NCBI GenBank assembly: GCA_016432345.1
Contig: CP066685.1
Span: 496,236-560,235 of the forward strand
Length of the DNA stretch: 64,000 nt
Source of the DNA: Candidatus Levyibacteriota bacterium
GTDB taxonomy: Bacteria > Patescibacteriota > Microgenomatia > Levybacterales > UBA12049
Direction of reading: 5' to 3'
Numbering within the stretch: the first letter of the stretch is position 1; each line of letters begins with the position of its first letter. The notes beneath the pieces were generated by a model, which saw nothing but the letters and a program-made list of their open reading frames with translations, ran no database searches and was not told the origin of the DNA. The position numbers were made by a program, and so were the translations under genes. This document shows, one piece after another, positions 1-8,768 of the stretch.

Positions 1-894
1 AAGGCGGATATTCATTGGCATACCATTGAAGAACAACTAAAATTTCCTCAAATTCTTAATAAAGAAAATATTGACCTGATGCATTTTCCCTACTTTTCTG
101 TTCCTCTTTTTTATAACAAACCTTTTGTTGTTACGATTCATGACTTAATTTTGCATCATTTTCCAACAGGCCGGGCTTCTACGCTTCCACTACCAGCATA
201 CTGGTTAAAACTATTTGTGTACAGGTTTATTTTGAAAAAATCGGCACAAAAAGCGCGAAGGATACTTACTGTGTCTTATGCAACAAAAGACGAGATTGTT
301 AAGCATTTGCATGTGTCTCAAGATAAAATTATCGTTACATACGAAGGAGTAGATACTAAATCTACAAATACCAAATACCAAATACCAAATACCAAATACT
401 TTTTGTATGTTGGGAATGCGTATCCACACAAGAATCTGGAGAGATTAATAGAAGCATCCACGAGAATCAAGCTAATACTAGTTGGTAGAGAGGATTATTT
501 CTATAAAAGACTAAAGGAGAAAGTAAAAAAAATGGGATTAGAAAAACAAATAGTTTTTTATGGATATGCGACTGACGAAGAACTTTCATTTTTATATAAA
601 AATGCTGAGGCACTAATTATGCCGTCTCTTATGGAAGGATTTGGCTTGCCAGTTTTAGAGGCAATGGCTAATAAATGTTTGGTTTTGGCATCAGATATTC
701 CGGCACATAGAGAAATAGCAGGAGATGCAGTAAGTTATTTTAACCCTCTAGATGTTAGAGATATAGAAAAAAAAATGCAGAACATTCATCCAGATGATAA
801 AGTTCAGAAAGGTTTTGATAGGGCAAAAATGTTTTCATGGGAGAGAATGGCAAAGGAAACTTTAAGTATATATGAAAGTTGCGTTAGTGTATGA
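1..894 (+). CDS. Glycosyltransferase family 1 (GT4-like, GT-B fold), 5' end cut by window edge
   Basis: Frame 1 is open from nt 1 with no stop before the ATG at 79, so the gene begins upstream of the window. The C-terminal half has GT1 hallmarks (FLYVGNAYPHKN, PSLMEGFGLPVLEAMA). It carries the (CAAATAC)5 array at 365-399. Confidence 0.85.
   Translation, partial: KADIHWHTIEEQLKFPQILNKENIDLMHFPYFSVPLFYNKPFVVTIHDLILHHFPTGRASTLPLPAYWLKLFVYRFILKKSAQKARRILTVSYATKDEIVKHLHVSQDKIIVTYEGVDTKSTNTKYQIPNTKYFLYVGNAYPHKNLERLIEASTRIKLILVGREDYFYKRLKEKVKKMGLEKQIVFYGYATDEELSFLYKNAEALIMPSLMEGFGLPVLEAMANKCLVLASDIPAHREIAGDAVSYFNPLDVRDIEKKMQNIHPDDKVQKGFDRAKMFSWERMAKETLSIYESCVSV
365..399 (+). repeat. Perfect heptanucleotide tandem array (CAAATAC)x5, 35 nt, in frame in a GT1 gene
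   Basis: Period-7 identity holds exactly from 365 to 399. It encodes NTKYQIPNTKY directly before the first beta-strand of the C-terminal Rossmann domain (FLYVG). Confidence 0.97.
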
Positions 895-1954
895 TCGAGT
901 AAATAAGTGGGGAGGGGCGGAGAGAGTTTTACTTACTCTTCATGAAATGTTTCCAGACGCTCCGTTATATACTTCTGTATATGATTCAAAGAAGGCGCCA
1001 TGGGCAGATATTTTTGATATTCGAACTTCGTTTTTACAAAAATTGCCGATTTCTTTCCATCACGAATACTACCCATTTTTAATGCCGTTGGCGTTTGAAG
1101 GTTTTTCGTTTGACGATTATGATTTAGTTATTTCTGTAACATCAGAGGCAGCAAAAGGAATTATTACTAAACCACATACTTTACATATTTGTTATTGTCT
1201 GACTCCGACTCGTTATCTGTGGAGTGGTTATGAAAATTATTTTAGAAATCCATTGTTTCAGATACTTTCTTATCCATCGGTTTCTTATCTTCGTGCATGG
1301 GATTTGGTTGCAGCAAAGCGGCCAGATGCGTATATTGCGATTTCGAAAGAAGTTCAAAATAGAATAAAAAAATACTACGATCGAGAATCAGAAGTAATAT
1401 ATCCACCTGTTGAAATACCAAATACCAAATACCAAATACCAAATACTGGCTTCTTTTTAGTTGTTTCACGACTTGTATCATATAAGCGGATTGATATTGC
1501 GATAGAAGCATGTAATAGACTCCGTTTGCCGCTTAAAATTGTAGGTGTAGGATCGGAAGAAAAAAGACTAAAACGAATTGCTGGTTCCACAATTGAATTT
1601 TTAGGAAACTTGACTGATAACGAGCTGGTAAGGTATTATAAAGCGTGTCTTGCGCTTATTTTTCCCGGCAATGAAGATTTTGGGATTGTAATGGGAGAGG
1701 CAAGTCTTTTTAGTAAACCTGTTATTGCATTTAAAGGAGGAGGCGCACTTGAGATTATTAGAGAAGGAAAGACAGGTGCATTTTTTTATCCTCAAACAGC
1801 GCAAGCGTTAACAGATTGTTTAATGATATTTAAATCTAAAAGTTTTAAGGATGAGATTATAAAAGATTGCGCAGTAAGGTTTGGCAAAGATAGGTTTAAA
1901 AAGGCATTTTTTGACATGATTGCTATGTTGTATAAAGAACATAGCAAAAAATAA
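872..1954 (+). CDS. Glycosyltransferase family 1 (GT-B fold)
   Basis: 360-aa ORF with an ATG start that overlaps the upstream gene. The C-terminal Rossmann half shows FFLVVSRLVSYKRID and FPGNEDFGIVMGEA. It carries a CAAATAC array at 1412-1446. Confidence 0.85.
   Translation: MKVALVYDRVNKWGGAERVLLTLHEMFPDAPLYTSVYDSKKAPWADIFDIRTSFLQKLPISFHHEYYPFLMPLAFEGFSFDDYDLVISVTSEAAKGIITKPHTLHICYCLTPTRYLWSGYENYFRNPLFQILSYPSVSYLRAWDLVAAKRPDAYIAISKEVQNRIKKYYDRESEVIYPPVEIPNTKYQIPNTGFFLVVSRLVSYKRIDIAIEACNRLRLPLKIVGVGSEEKRLKRIAGSTIEFLGNLTDNELVRYYKACLALIFPGNEDFGIVMGEASLFSKPVIAFKGGGALEIIREGKTGAFFYPQTAQALTDCLMIFKSKSFKDEIIKDCAVRFGKDRFKKAFFDMIAMLYKEHSKK
1412..1446 (+). repeat. Heptanucleotide tandem array GAAATAC(CAAATAC)x4, 35 nt, in frame in the adjacent GT1 gene
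   Basis: Perfect period-7 identity runs from 1413 to 1446. It encodes IPNTKYQIPNT directly before FFLVVSRL, the same structural position as 365-399. Confidence 0.97.
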
Positions 1955-1955
1955 C

Positions 1956-3038
1956 ATGAAAATTATTGTATTTGCAGGTGGCGTGGGAACACGACTGTGG
2001 CCTGTATCAAGAAAAAACACACCGAAACAATTTGAGAAAATAATTGGAGATAAATCTACTCTCGAACAAACGATTGAGAGGCTTTTATCTTTATATAAAC
2101 CACAAGATATTTATATCGCAACAGGTAAACGATATGAACGCATAATTAAAAAACAGCTTTCTCAAATACCTTATAGTAACTTTATTTTAGAACCAGAAAT
2201 GCGTGATGTTGGTCCAGCGATTGGTTTGGCGGCATCTATACTTGCAAAAAAATATGGAGATGAGCCATTAGCCATTTTGTGGAGCGATCATATTGTAAAA
2301 AATGCCGATGTATTTAAAAAAATCCTCTTTTTGGCAGAAGAAACAATTAAAAGAAAGCAGACCCATTTTATTTTTCTGGCACAAAAACCACGGTTTGCAA
2401 ACCAGAATATGGGTTGGATCGAGGTTGGAGATTTGAAACAGAAGAAAAATGGAGTGTCTGTTTATTTATTTAAAAAACTTATTTATCGCCCAGATCTTTC
2501 GGATGCAACCTTATTTTATAACAATGAAAACTTTGTGTGGAATTTAGGATATTTCGTAACAACTCCCAATTATCTTTGTTCGCTTTTTAAAACATTTACC
2601 CCTGATATGTACGTAAAACTTGAAGAAATTAGTCAAAGTTATGGGAGTACTATGTTTGAGAAAAAACTTAAACTTTTATATCCAACTTTAGAAAAGATAA
2701 GTTTTGATGATGCGATTTTGGTAAAAATGAAGCCTAGTAATGTTCTTGTTATCTCCGGGGATCTTGGGTGGAGCGATGTTGGCGCCTGGGAATCATTGAA
2801 AGAAGCATTAACAGAATCAGCAAACGACAATGTTACGAATGGCAAAGTGCTTCTTGAAGAAAGCCATGATAGCCTTGTTTTTAATTATAATGATCAACTT
2901 GTTGTTGGAATTGATTTAAATCAGATGCTAGTTATTAATACAAGAGATGTTCTTTTAGTATGTCCAAAAACAGCAGTTCCTAAAATTAAAAAGCTGGTAG
3001 AGAGTCTTTCTGGAACTGCGCATGAACATTTAGCGTAA
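1956..3038 (+). CDS. Sugar-1-phosphate nucleotidyltransferase, mannose-1-phosphate guanylyltransferase-like
   Basis: The N-terminus MKIIVFAGGVGTRLWPVSRK matches the NTP-transferase G-x-G-x-R-L-x-P motif. The ATG at 1956 lies 1 nt after the upstream stop, so the longer ORF-track start at 1920 is unlikely. Confidence 0.8.
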   Translation: MKIIVFAGGVGTRLWPVSRKNTPKQFEKIIGDKSTLEQTIERLLSLYKPQDIYIATGKRYERIIKKQLSQIPYSNFILEPEMRDVGPAIGLAASILAKKYGDEPLAILWSDHIVKNADVFKKILFLAEETIKRKQTHFIFLAQKPRFANQNMGWIEVGDLKQKKNGVSVYLFKKLIYRPDLSDATLFYNNENFVWNLGYFVTTPNYLCSLFKTFTPDMYVKLEEISQSYGSTMFEKKLKLLYPTLEKISFDDAILVKMKPSNVLVISGDLGWSDVGAWESLKEALTESANDNVTNGKVLLEESHDSLVFNYNDQLVVGIDLNQMLVINTRDVLLVCPKTAVPKIKKLVESLSGTAHEHLA

Positions 3039-3039
3039 T

Positions 3040-3711
3040 ATGGCTTACCAACAGACAGAGATAACAAAGAGCGTTTATTATGAAATTGATAAAAGAATTT
3101 TAGATATTGTATTTTCCTTATTTCTTCTTATTATATTTTTGCCAATTATTATTATTATTGCATTTCTTATTTGGCTTGATTTTTCGGGTCCAATTCTTGC
3201 AGATACACCAGAGAGGGTTGGGAAAAATGGTAAATTGTTTAAGATGTATAAATTTCGTTCAATGATTCAAAATGCTCATGAAATATTGCGCGAAAATCCA
3301 AAATTTCAGAAATTATTTGATGAGTATAAAAAAGGAAGCTACAAACTTAGAGATGATCCAAGAATAACTAATCTTGGAAAGTATATTCGTAAACACTCTT
3401 TAGATGAGGTTCCTCAACTTATTAATGTATTAAAAGGTGAAATGAGTCTGGTTGGCCCTCGGGCTTATTATCCAGACGAATTGCGGGAACAACAAAAAAA
3501 ATATCCCGAAACAAAAAAAGCAGTTAAAACTGTGCTTTCTGTTAGACCTGGTATTACAGGTTATTGGCAGGTTTCGGGGAGAAGTGCGATAAATTTTGAC
3601 AAACGGATTGAAATGGATGCTGAATATGTGCGAAAGAGGTCAGTTTTTCAAGATTTATGGATAATTGCAAAGACCCCTTGGGCAATGATTTCTGGAAAAG
3701 GAGCGCTATAG
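3040..3711 (+). CDS. Initiating sugar phosphotransferase (bacterial sugar transferase family, WbaP/EpsL-like)
   Basis: It has an N-terminal TM helix and the family signature DEVPQLINVLKGEMSLVGPRAY. Confidence 0.88.
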   Translation: MAYQQTEITKSVYYEIDKRILDIVFSLFLLIIFLPIIIIIAFLIWLDFSGPILADTPERVGKNGKLFKMYKFRSMIQNAHEILRENPKFQKLFDEYKKGSYKLRDDPRITNLGKYIRKHSLDEVPQLINVLKGEMSLVGPRAYYPDELREQQKKYPETKKAVKTVLSVRPGITGYWQVSGRSAINFDKRIEMDAEYVRKRSVFQDLWIIAKTPWAMISGKGAL

Positions 3712-3730
3712 CTTTCTTGATCTCGCAGGA

Positions 3731-3760
3731 TTGACATTAGTTAATTTATTAAGTTATCAT
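3731..3760 (+). promoter_or_regulatory. Sigma-70-type promoter (TTGACA-18 nt-TATCAT), 8 nt upstream of the 3769 ATG
   Basis: A consensus -35 sits at 3731-3736 and a -10-like hexamer at 3755-3760. No Shine-Dalgarno sequence precedes the ATG, which implies a leaderless or near-leaderless mRNA. Confidence 0.45.
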
Positions 3761-3768
3761 TACATGAT

Positions 3769-5736
3769 ATGGATGATTTGCCAAAAATGGAACTTCACTC
3801 TCCAGAAATAACATTAGTAGATAAAAAGAAACGTTTTTCCACAATGAAGCCTAATAAAAAATTAGTATTTATAATACTTATTCCTTTTGTTCTTATTATA
3901 GCTTTAGTAGCTATTGCTATTGTGCCAGCGAAAAAAACATACTTTTCAGCTCAAAAAACGTATAAGCAAGCAAGGGTAGCATGGGACGCTATTAAAAAAC
4001 AAAACATAGATCTTGGAGAAGAAGAACTTAAAAAAACAAAGGTAAGTCTTGAAGATACAAAGAAGGAACTTGAAGGTTTGTCTTTTCTTCGATTTATTCC
4101 TATAGCAAGTTGGTACTACAATGATGCAAATCATTTGTTAAAGGTTGGACTTCATAGCATAGACGCTTCGTTTATTGTGGTTGATGCTATCAAACCATAC
4201 TCGGATATTTTAGGACTTAAAGGAAAAGGTGGCAGTTTTGTCATGGGGAGCGCCGAACAGCGAATTCAGACAGCAATTTTGACTATGGGTAAAATTACTC
4301 CGCGTATAGATGATGTGGCAGAGAATATTGCCTTGGCTAAAACCGAAATAGACGCTGTTGATTCTAATCATTATCCGGCTTTCTTAGGGTTAGGAAAACT
4401 AAATACACAACTTGCTCAAGCGAAGGAATTTATAGATGGAACAACTGTTTTTGTAAATCAAGCGCAGCCGCTTATTAAAGTGTTGCCTTCTCTTTTGGGA
4501 GAGTCTGAACAGAAAAAATATCTTATTTTATTCCAAAATGCCAACGAATTGCGTCCAACAGGGGGATTTCTTACTGCTTATGCTATTTTTAGTATTGATA
4601 AAGGCAAAATTACTGTTGAAAAATCTGATGATATTTATAATTTGGACAATACAATCCCAAATTCTAAAAAGCCAAAAGCGCCGGCCCCAATTCTTAATTA
4701 TCTTGTTGGTGTACCTCTTCTTAATTTACGTGATGCCAACTTATCGCCTGACTTTCTCGAATCAATAAAAACTTTTAAGAGTTTATATGAGTTTTCCAGT
4801 GTCAAAGAGAAAATTGACGGTATTATAGCTTTGGATTCAAATGTTTTAACATCCGTGATTAAAATTTTAGATGACGAGGTATGGGCTGGCGGGATGGAAT
4901 TTACCACAAAAAACGATCCTCGATGTAATTGTCCCCAGGCAATATATAAACTTGAAAGTCTTATTAGCACTCCAAAAAGTTTGGATTTACGAGTTACCTC
5001 ACTTGCTGCTGCGCAGGCGCAACGAAAAGATATTCTTGGTACTTTGTTATATTCAATTATGCAAAAAGCCTTAAAGTCTTCTCCTAAAAAGTACTGGGGC
5101 CCGCTAGTGCAAGATTTGATAACTCAAGCTAATGAGAAGCATGTTCTTTTTGCTCTTAATAATAAAGATGCGCAACGAGGTGTAGAGGCATTAAATATGG
5201 CAGGACAGATAAAAAATGCGGAGGGAGACTATTTCCATTTCAACGACACCAATCTTGGCGGCGCTAAATCAAACCTTTTTGTAAAAGAAACAGTTGATCA
5301 AGATATAAAGGTGGATGGCGATGGCACCATAACAAAGACGGTTACTGTTTTGTATAAAAATCCTTTTCCTCCTTCTGATTGTAATTTGGAAAGAGGCAAT
5401 TTATGTTTAAATGGAATTTTACGCGACTGGTTTCGTTTATATGTTCCAAAGGGAAGCGTACTTATAGATAGTAAGGGTTCGGAGGTAAAAGTAACTACCA
5501 TAGAAGACTTAAACAAGACTGTATTTGAAGGATTTTTAACTGTTCGCCCGCAAGGATCAGCAATATTAACATTAACATATAGCTTGCCATTTAAATTGAA
5601 AGCAGGATCTCCATTACCGCTTCTTATTCAAAAACAGCCTGGAACAGACAAGAATGAATATACAGTTAAAATAAATGGAAGAACTGTTAATACATTTCCA
5701 TTGTTGACAGACAGAGAGTTAGTTATTAAACGATAA
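3769..5736 (+). CDS. DUF4012-like membrane-anchored extracytoplasmic protein
   Basis: 655 aa with a single N-terminal TM segment (LVFIILIPFVLIIALVAIAIV). The motif LFQNANELRPTGGFLTAYAIF recalls the DUF4012 core. Such genes commonly sit beside sugar transferases. Confidence 0.6.
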   Translation: MDDLPKMELHSPEITLVDKKKRFSTMKPNKKLVFIILIPFVLIIALVAIAIVPAKKTYFSAQKTYKQARVAWDAIKKQNIDLGEEELKKTKVSLEDTKKELEGLSFLRFIPIASWYYNDANHLLKVGLHSIDASFIVVDAIKPYSDILGLKGKGGSFVMGSAEQRIQTAILTMGKITPRIDDVAENIALAKTEIDAVDSNHYPAFLGLGKLNTQLAQAKEFIDGTTVFVNQAQPLIKVLPSLLGESEQKKYLILFQNANELRPTGGFLTAYAIFSIDKGKITVEKSDDIYNLDNTIPNSKKPKAPAPILNYLVGVPLLNLRDANLSPDFLESIKTFKSLYEFSSVKEKIDGIIALDSNVLTSVIKILDDEVWAGGMEFTTKNDPRCNCPQAIYKLESLISTPKSLDLRVTSLAAAQAQRKDILGTLLYSIMQKALKSSPKKYWGPLVQDLITQANEKHVLFALNNKDAQRGVEALNMAGQIKNAEGDYFHFNDTNLGGAKSNLFVKETVDQDIKVDGDGTITKTVTVLYKNPFPPSDCNLERGNLCLNGILRDWFRLYVPKGSVLIDSKGSEVKVTTIEDLNKTVFEGFLTVRPQGSAILTLTYSLPFKLKAGSPLPLLIQKQPGTDKNEYTVKINGRTVNTFPLLTDRELVIKR

Positions 5737-5740
5737 ATAT

Positions 5741-6283
5741 ATGAGACATCTTAAAACAGAAGGGATTATTATTAAACGTCGAAATAGTGGCGAGGCAGAT
5801 AGGATTCTTACTGTTTTTACTAAAAATAGCGGCAAGATACTTGTCAAAGCCATTGGTGTTCGCAGAATTATCAGTCGCCGGTCTCCTCATATAGAACTTC
5901 TGAATTATTCTTTTTTAACAGTATATAAAGGTCGAAATCTGCCTATTCTTACCGAGGCGCAGACAATTGATGATTTTTCGTCTTTAAAAACTAATCTTAA
6001 AACAATTGGTATTGCCTATCATCTTTGTGAGCTGATCGACAGTTTGTGCGCCGAAAATCAAGAGCAGGTGTTAGTATTTTCACTTCTTTTGCAAACACTT
6101 ATAAATCTTTCGGAAGGAAAAGATGCCAAGCAAGTTGTTTATGATTTTGAACATAGATTGCTTTTGGAGCTTGGATTTTCTTCACATATTCCATTATTAA
6201 GAACTGTTGATACTCACGCGGCAATTGAAGGTATTTTGGAGAGAAGACTAAAAACTACTCAACTTTTACAACATTTCCTCTAG
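5741..6283 (+). CDS. recO: DNA repair protein RecO (short form)
   Basis: The N-terminal OB-fold pattern TEGIIIKRRNSGEADRILTVFTKNSGKILVKAIGVRR is typical of RecO. At 180 aa it is shorter than canonical RecO. Confidence 0.7.
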   Translation: MRHLKTEGIIIKRRNSGEADRILTVFTKNSGKILVKAIGVRRIISRRSPHIELLNYSFLTVYKGRNLPILTEAQTIDDFSSLKTNLKTIGIAYHLCELIDSLCAENQEQVLVFSLLLQTLINLSEGKDAKQVVYDFEHRLLLELGFSSHIPLLRTVDTHAAIEGILERRLKTTQLLQHFL

Positions 6284-6316
6284 AATTTTTATTCGTATTT
6301 CTGCTATCATACGTCT

Positions 6317-7648
6317 ATGATAGATAATTTAATGGAAAAGCTGGTGGCACTTTGCAAACGCAGAGGTTTTATTTTTCCCGGGAGCGAATTATATGGGGGG
6401 CTAAATGGTACATGGGATTTAGGTCCATTGGGAGTGGCATTTGCCAACAACGTTAAGAAAGAATGGTGGAAAAGTGTTGTACAAGACAGAGAAGATGTTG
6501 TTGGACTTGATTCTGCAATTTTGCATCACCCGCAAGTTTGGGAAGCCTCTGGTCATGTGGCATCTTTTACAGATCCGCTTATTGAATGTAAAGTTTGCCA
6601 CGCGCGATTTCGCGCTGACCACAAAAACAACATTACTTTGCACGAAAAAACGCATCAAGAAAAAAATATTTGGACAGAAGTAAAATCATTTAATCTGATG
6701 TTTAAGACCTTTGTTGGTCCAATTGATGATGAGAAAAATAAGACCTATCTTCGTCCAGAAACAGCTCAAGGTATTTTTATTAATTTTAAGAATGTTTTGG
6801 AAACTACAAGAATAAAAATTCCTTTTGGTATTGCTCAAATTGGTAAGGGTTTTCGAAACGAAATCACCACCGGTAATTTTTTGTTTAGAGTTAGGGAATT
6901 CGAAATGATGGAGCTTGAGTTTTTTGTAAAACCAGGAACAGACAAGAAATGGCACGACTTTTGGAAACAAGAACGATTACAGTGGTATTTATCGCTTGGT
7001 ATAAAAAAAGAAAATATAAAACTTGTGGATTTACCAAAAGAAGATATCGCCCATTATTCAAAAGGCACAACCGAAGTCTGGTATAAATGGCCATTTAGTA
7101 GTTCGTCTGGTAAATCTGATTTTGGCGAACTGGAAGGTATTGCTAATAGAGGAGATTACGATTTAACGCAGCATGCAAAGTACATAGGCAAAGATATTTC
7201 TTATTTTGATCAAGAAGGTAACGAAAGATATGTGCCTTATGTAATTGAACCATCTGTTGGTGTTGGCAGGGCAATTTTGGCATTTTTAATAGATGCCTAT
7301 TATGAAGAAGAAAAACGAGTAGTGCTTAAACTTCATCCAAAACTTGCTCCATGTAAAGTTGCGGTTTTTCCGCTTCTTGGCAATAAAGAAGAGCTTATTG
7401 TAAAAGCAAAAGAAATATATAAAATTCTTAAAGAGTTGTTTGGAGGAGCAGTTATGTTTGATGATAGGGGAAACATTGGCAAACGATATTTATATCAAGA
7501 TGAAATTGGAACGCCTTGGTGTGTAACTGTTGATTTTGAAACATTAAAAGACAATGCAGTAACAGTGCGCGACCGCGATACTACCAAACAAGAACGAATT
7601 GTAATTTCCAAAGTTTCTTCTTTTCTGGAAAAGAAGCTTAATAGTTGA
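6317..7648 (+). CDS. glyQS: Glycine--tRNA ligase (homodimeric class II type)
   Basis: The sequence CKRRGFIFPGSELYGGLNGTWDLGPLG, plus FNLMFKT and RPETAQGIF, is diagnostic of GlyQS-type GlyRS. Confidence 0.93.
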   Translation: MIDNLMEKLVALCKRRGFIFPGSELYGGLNGTWDLGPLGVAFANNVKKEWWKSVVQDREDVVGLDSAILHHPQVWEASGHVASFTDPLIECKVCHARFRADHKNNITLHEKTHQEKNIWTEVKSFNLMFKTFVGPIDDEKNKTYLRPETAQGIFINFKNVLETTRIKIPFGIAQIGKGFRNEITTGNFLFRVREFEMMELEFFVKPGTDKKWHDFWKQERLQWYLSLGIKKENIKLVDLPKEDIAHYSKGTTEVWYKWPFSSSSGKSDFGELEGIANRGDYDLTQHAKYIGKDISYFDQEGNERYVPYVIEPSVGVGRAILAFLIDAYYEEEKRVVLKLHPKLAPCKVAVFPLLGNKEELIVKAKEIYKILKELFGGAVMFDDRGNIGKRYLYQDEIGTPWCVTVDFETLKDNAVTVRDRDTTKQERIVISKVSSFLEKKLNS

Positions 7649-7661
7649 TCTCGCTGTGGGG

Positions 7662-7689
7662 TTGACAATTTTAAGTGTGTTGATACAAT
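7662..7689 (+). promoter_or_regulatory. Sigma-70-type promoter (TTGACA-16 nt-TACAAT)
   Basis: TTGACA lies at 7662-7667 and TACAAT at 7684-7689, 12 nt upstream of the 7702 ATG. Confidence 0.45.
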
Positions 7690-7701
7690 AAAATAAGCTA
7701 T

Positions 7702-8169
7702 ATGCAAAACAAAAATATTGTAATGGCCGCAGGAGTTGTTTTTTTACTTGTTGCGGGTGGAGGATATTTTCTGTTTTTCCAAAAATCGTCTCCAGAGCCA
7801 GTTAAAACGCAAGAAAATATAGAAGAAGAGGTTGTTATTCCAACACTTACTCCACAACAGATTGGATTGGCATTTATTGCCAGAAGCGATAAAAGGGCTG
7901 TTAAGTTTAGTCTAACAGAGGTTTCTGATATTACATCAATTGATTACGAAATATCATATACAGCAAAGGGAGACATTCCACGCGGTGCAATTGGCCATAT
8001 TGATATTAAACCAACGGATGGAAAAACAGAAACAAATTATATTGATTTAGGAACATGCTCGTCGGGCAAATGCAAATATGATGAGGGTGTTGAGTCGGTT
8101 AAACTTTTTTTAAAAATTGCAAAAAATGACGGCAAGAATTATTCTGTAGAAGATTCTCTTAACTTTTAA
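7702..8169 (+). CDS. Hypothetical membrane-anchored/secreted protein
   Basis: 155-aa ORF with an N-terminal hydrophobic anchor (IVMAAGVVFLLVAGGGYFLFF). I recognise no family. Confidence 0.55.
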   Translation: MQNKNIVMAAGVVFLLVAGGGYFLFFQKSSPEPVKTQENIEEEVVIPTLTPQQIGLAFIARSDKRAVKFSLTEVSDITSIDYEISYTAKGDIPRGAIGHIDIKPTDGKTETNYIDLGTCSSGKCKYDEGVESVKLFLKIAKNDGKNYSVEDSLNF

Positions 8170-8251
8170 TTTCTCCAAATACCTATCTTCAGTAAATCTC
8201 TATATATGGTGTTTGTTTTGGGAAAAATCACTATTTTAGTTTGTTTGCCAC

Positions 8252-8314
8252 TTGACAACTTAATTAAAAATACCCAAAATGGGATATAGTGGGATAAGGT
8301 GGGATAGATTGGCG
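8252..8314 (+). promoter_or_regulatory. dcw (Pmra) promoter region with MraZ operator
   Basis: TTGACA lies at 8252-8257. It is followed by TGGGA at 8280, 8290 and 8300 and TGGCG at 8310, with exact 10-nt spacing, ending just upstream of the mraZ ATG at 8325. Confidence 0.75.
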
Positions 8315-8324
8315 AGGCAGGACT

Positions 8325-8768
8325 ATGTTACTTGGACAATATGATGGAAAAGCAGATGAAAAAGGAAGAATAGCATTTCCAAAAAAGTTACGGACTGCAA
8401 TTGGCAATAAGATAATTGTGACGTTTGGATATGAAAATTCGCTTATCGTCGTATCGGAAGAAAATTGGAAATCGCTACTTGAGGGGACAAAAGGAAAGCC
8501 ATTTATTCAAAAAGACGCGCGGGAAACGCAGCGATTTTTACTGGGAGGGGCAAGTTTTGTTGAACTTGACAGCAAAGGAAGGTTTGTATTGCCAGCTTAT
8601 TTACGAGAATTTGCAAAAGTTACGGGAGAAATTGTATTCCTAGGATTGTTTAGATACGTTGAAATTTGGGACAAAAAACGCTGGTTAGAATACATGGAGA
8701 CGCTTCAGAAAAGTATTGACACAATTGCAAAGAGGTTGACAGAGAGGGAAGAAGGATATAAAGGGTGA
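8325..8768 (+). CDS. mraZ: Transcriptional regulator MraZ
   Basis: The sequence has duplicated SpoVT/AbrB-like halves (DEKGRIAFPKKLR and DSKGRFVLPAYLR). It is the first gene of the dcw cluster. Confidence 0.93.
   Translation: MLLGQYDGKADEKGRIAFPKKLRTAIGNKIIVTFGYENSLIVVSEENWKSLLEGTKGKPFIQKDARETQRFLLGGASFVELDSKGRFVLPAYLREFAKVTGEIVFLGLFRYVEIWDKKRWLEYMETLQKSIDTIAKRLTEREEGYKG

Noticed and set aside
1458-1473. TGTTTCACGACTTGTA, resembling half of a parS site
   Set aside because: Only the first 9 of 16 positions match the consensus, the palindromic second half is missing, and it lies inside a coding region.
3131-3170. ATT ATT ATT ATT run in the sugar-transferase gene
   Set aside because: It is a period-3 poly-Ile stretch within a TM helix of an AT-rich genome. 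It is not a period-7 array.
3931-3975. 21-nt periodicity (KTYFSAQ / KTYKQA) in the DUF4012 gene
   Set aside because: The repeat is at the protein level and uses different synonymous codons. It is not a recent DNA tandem repeat.
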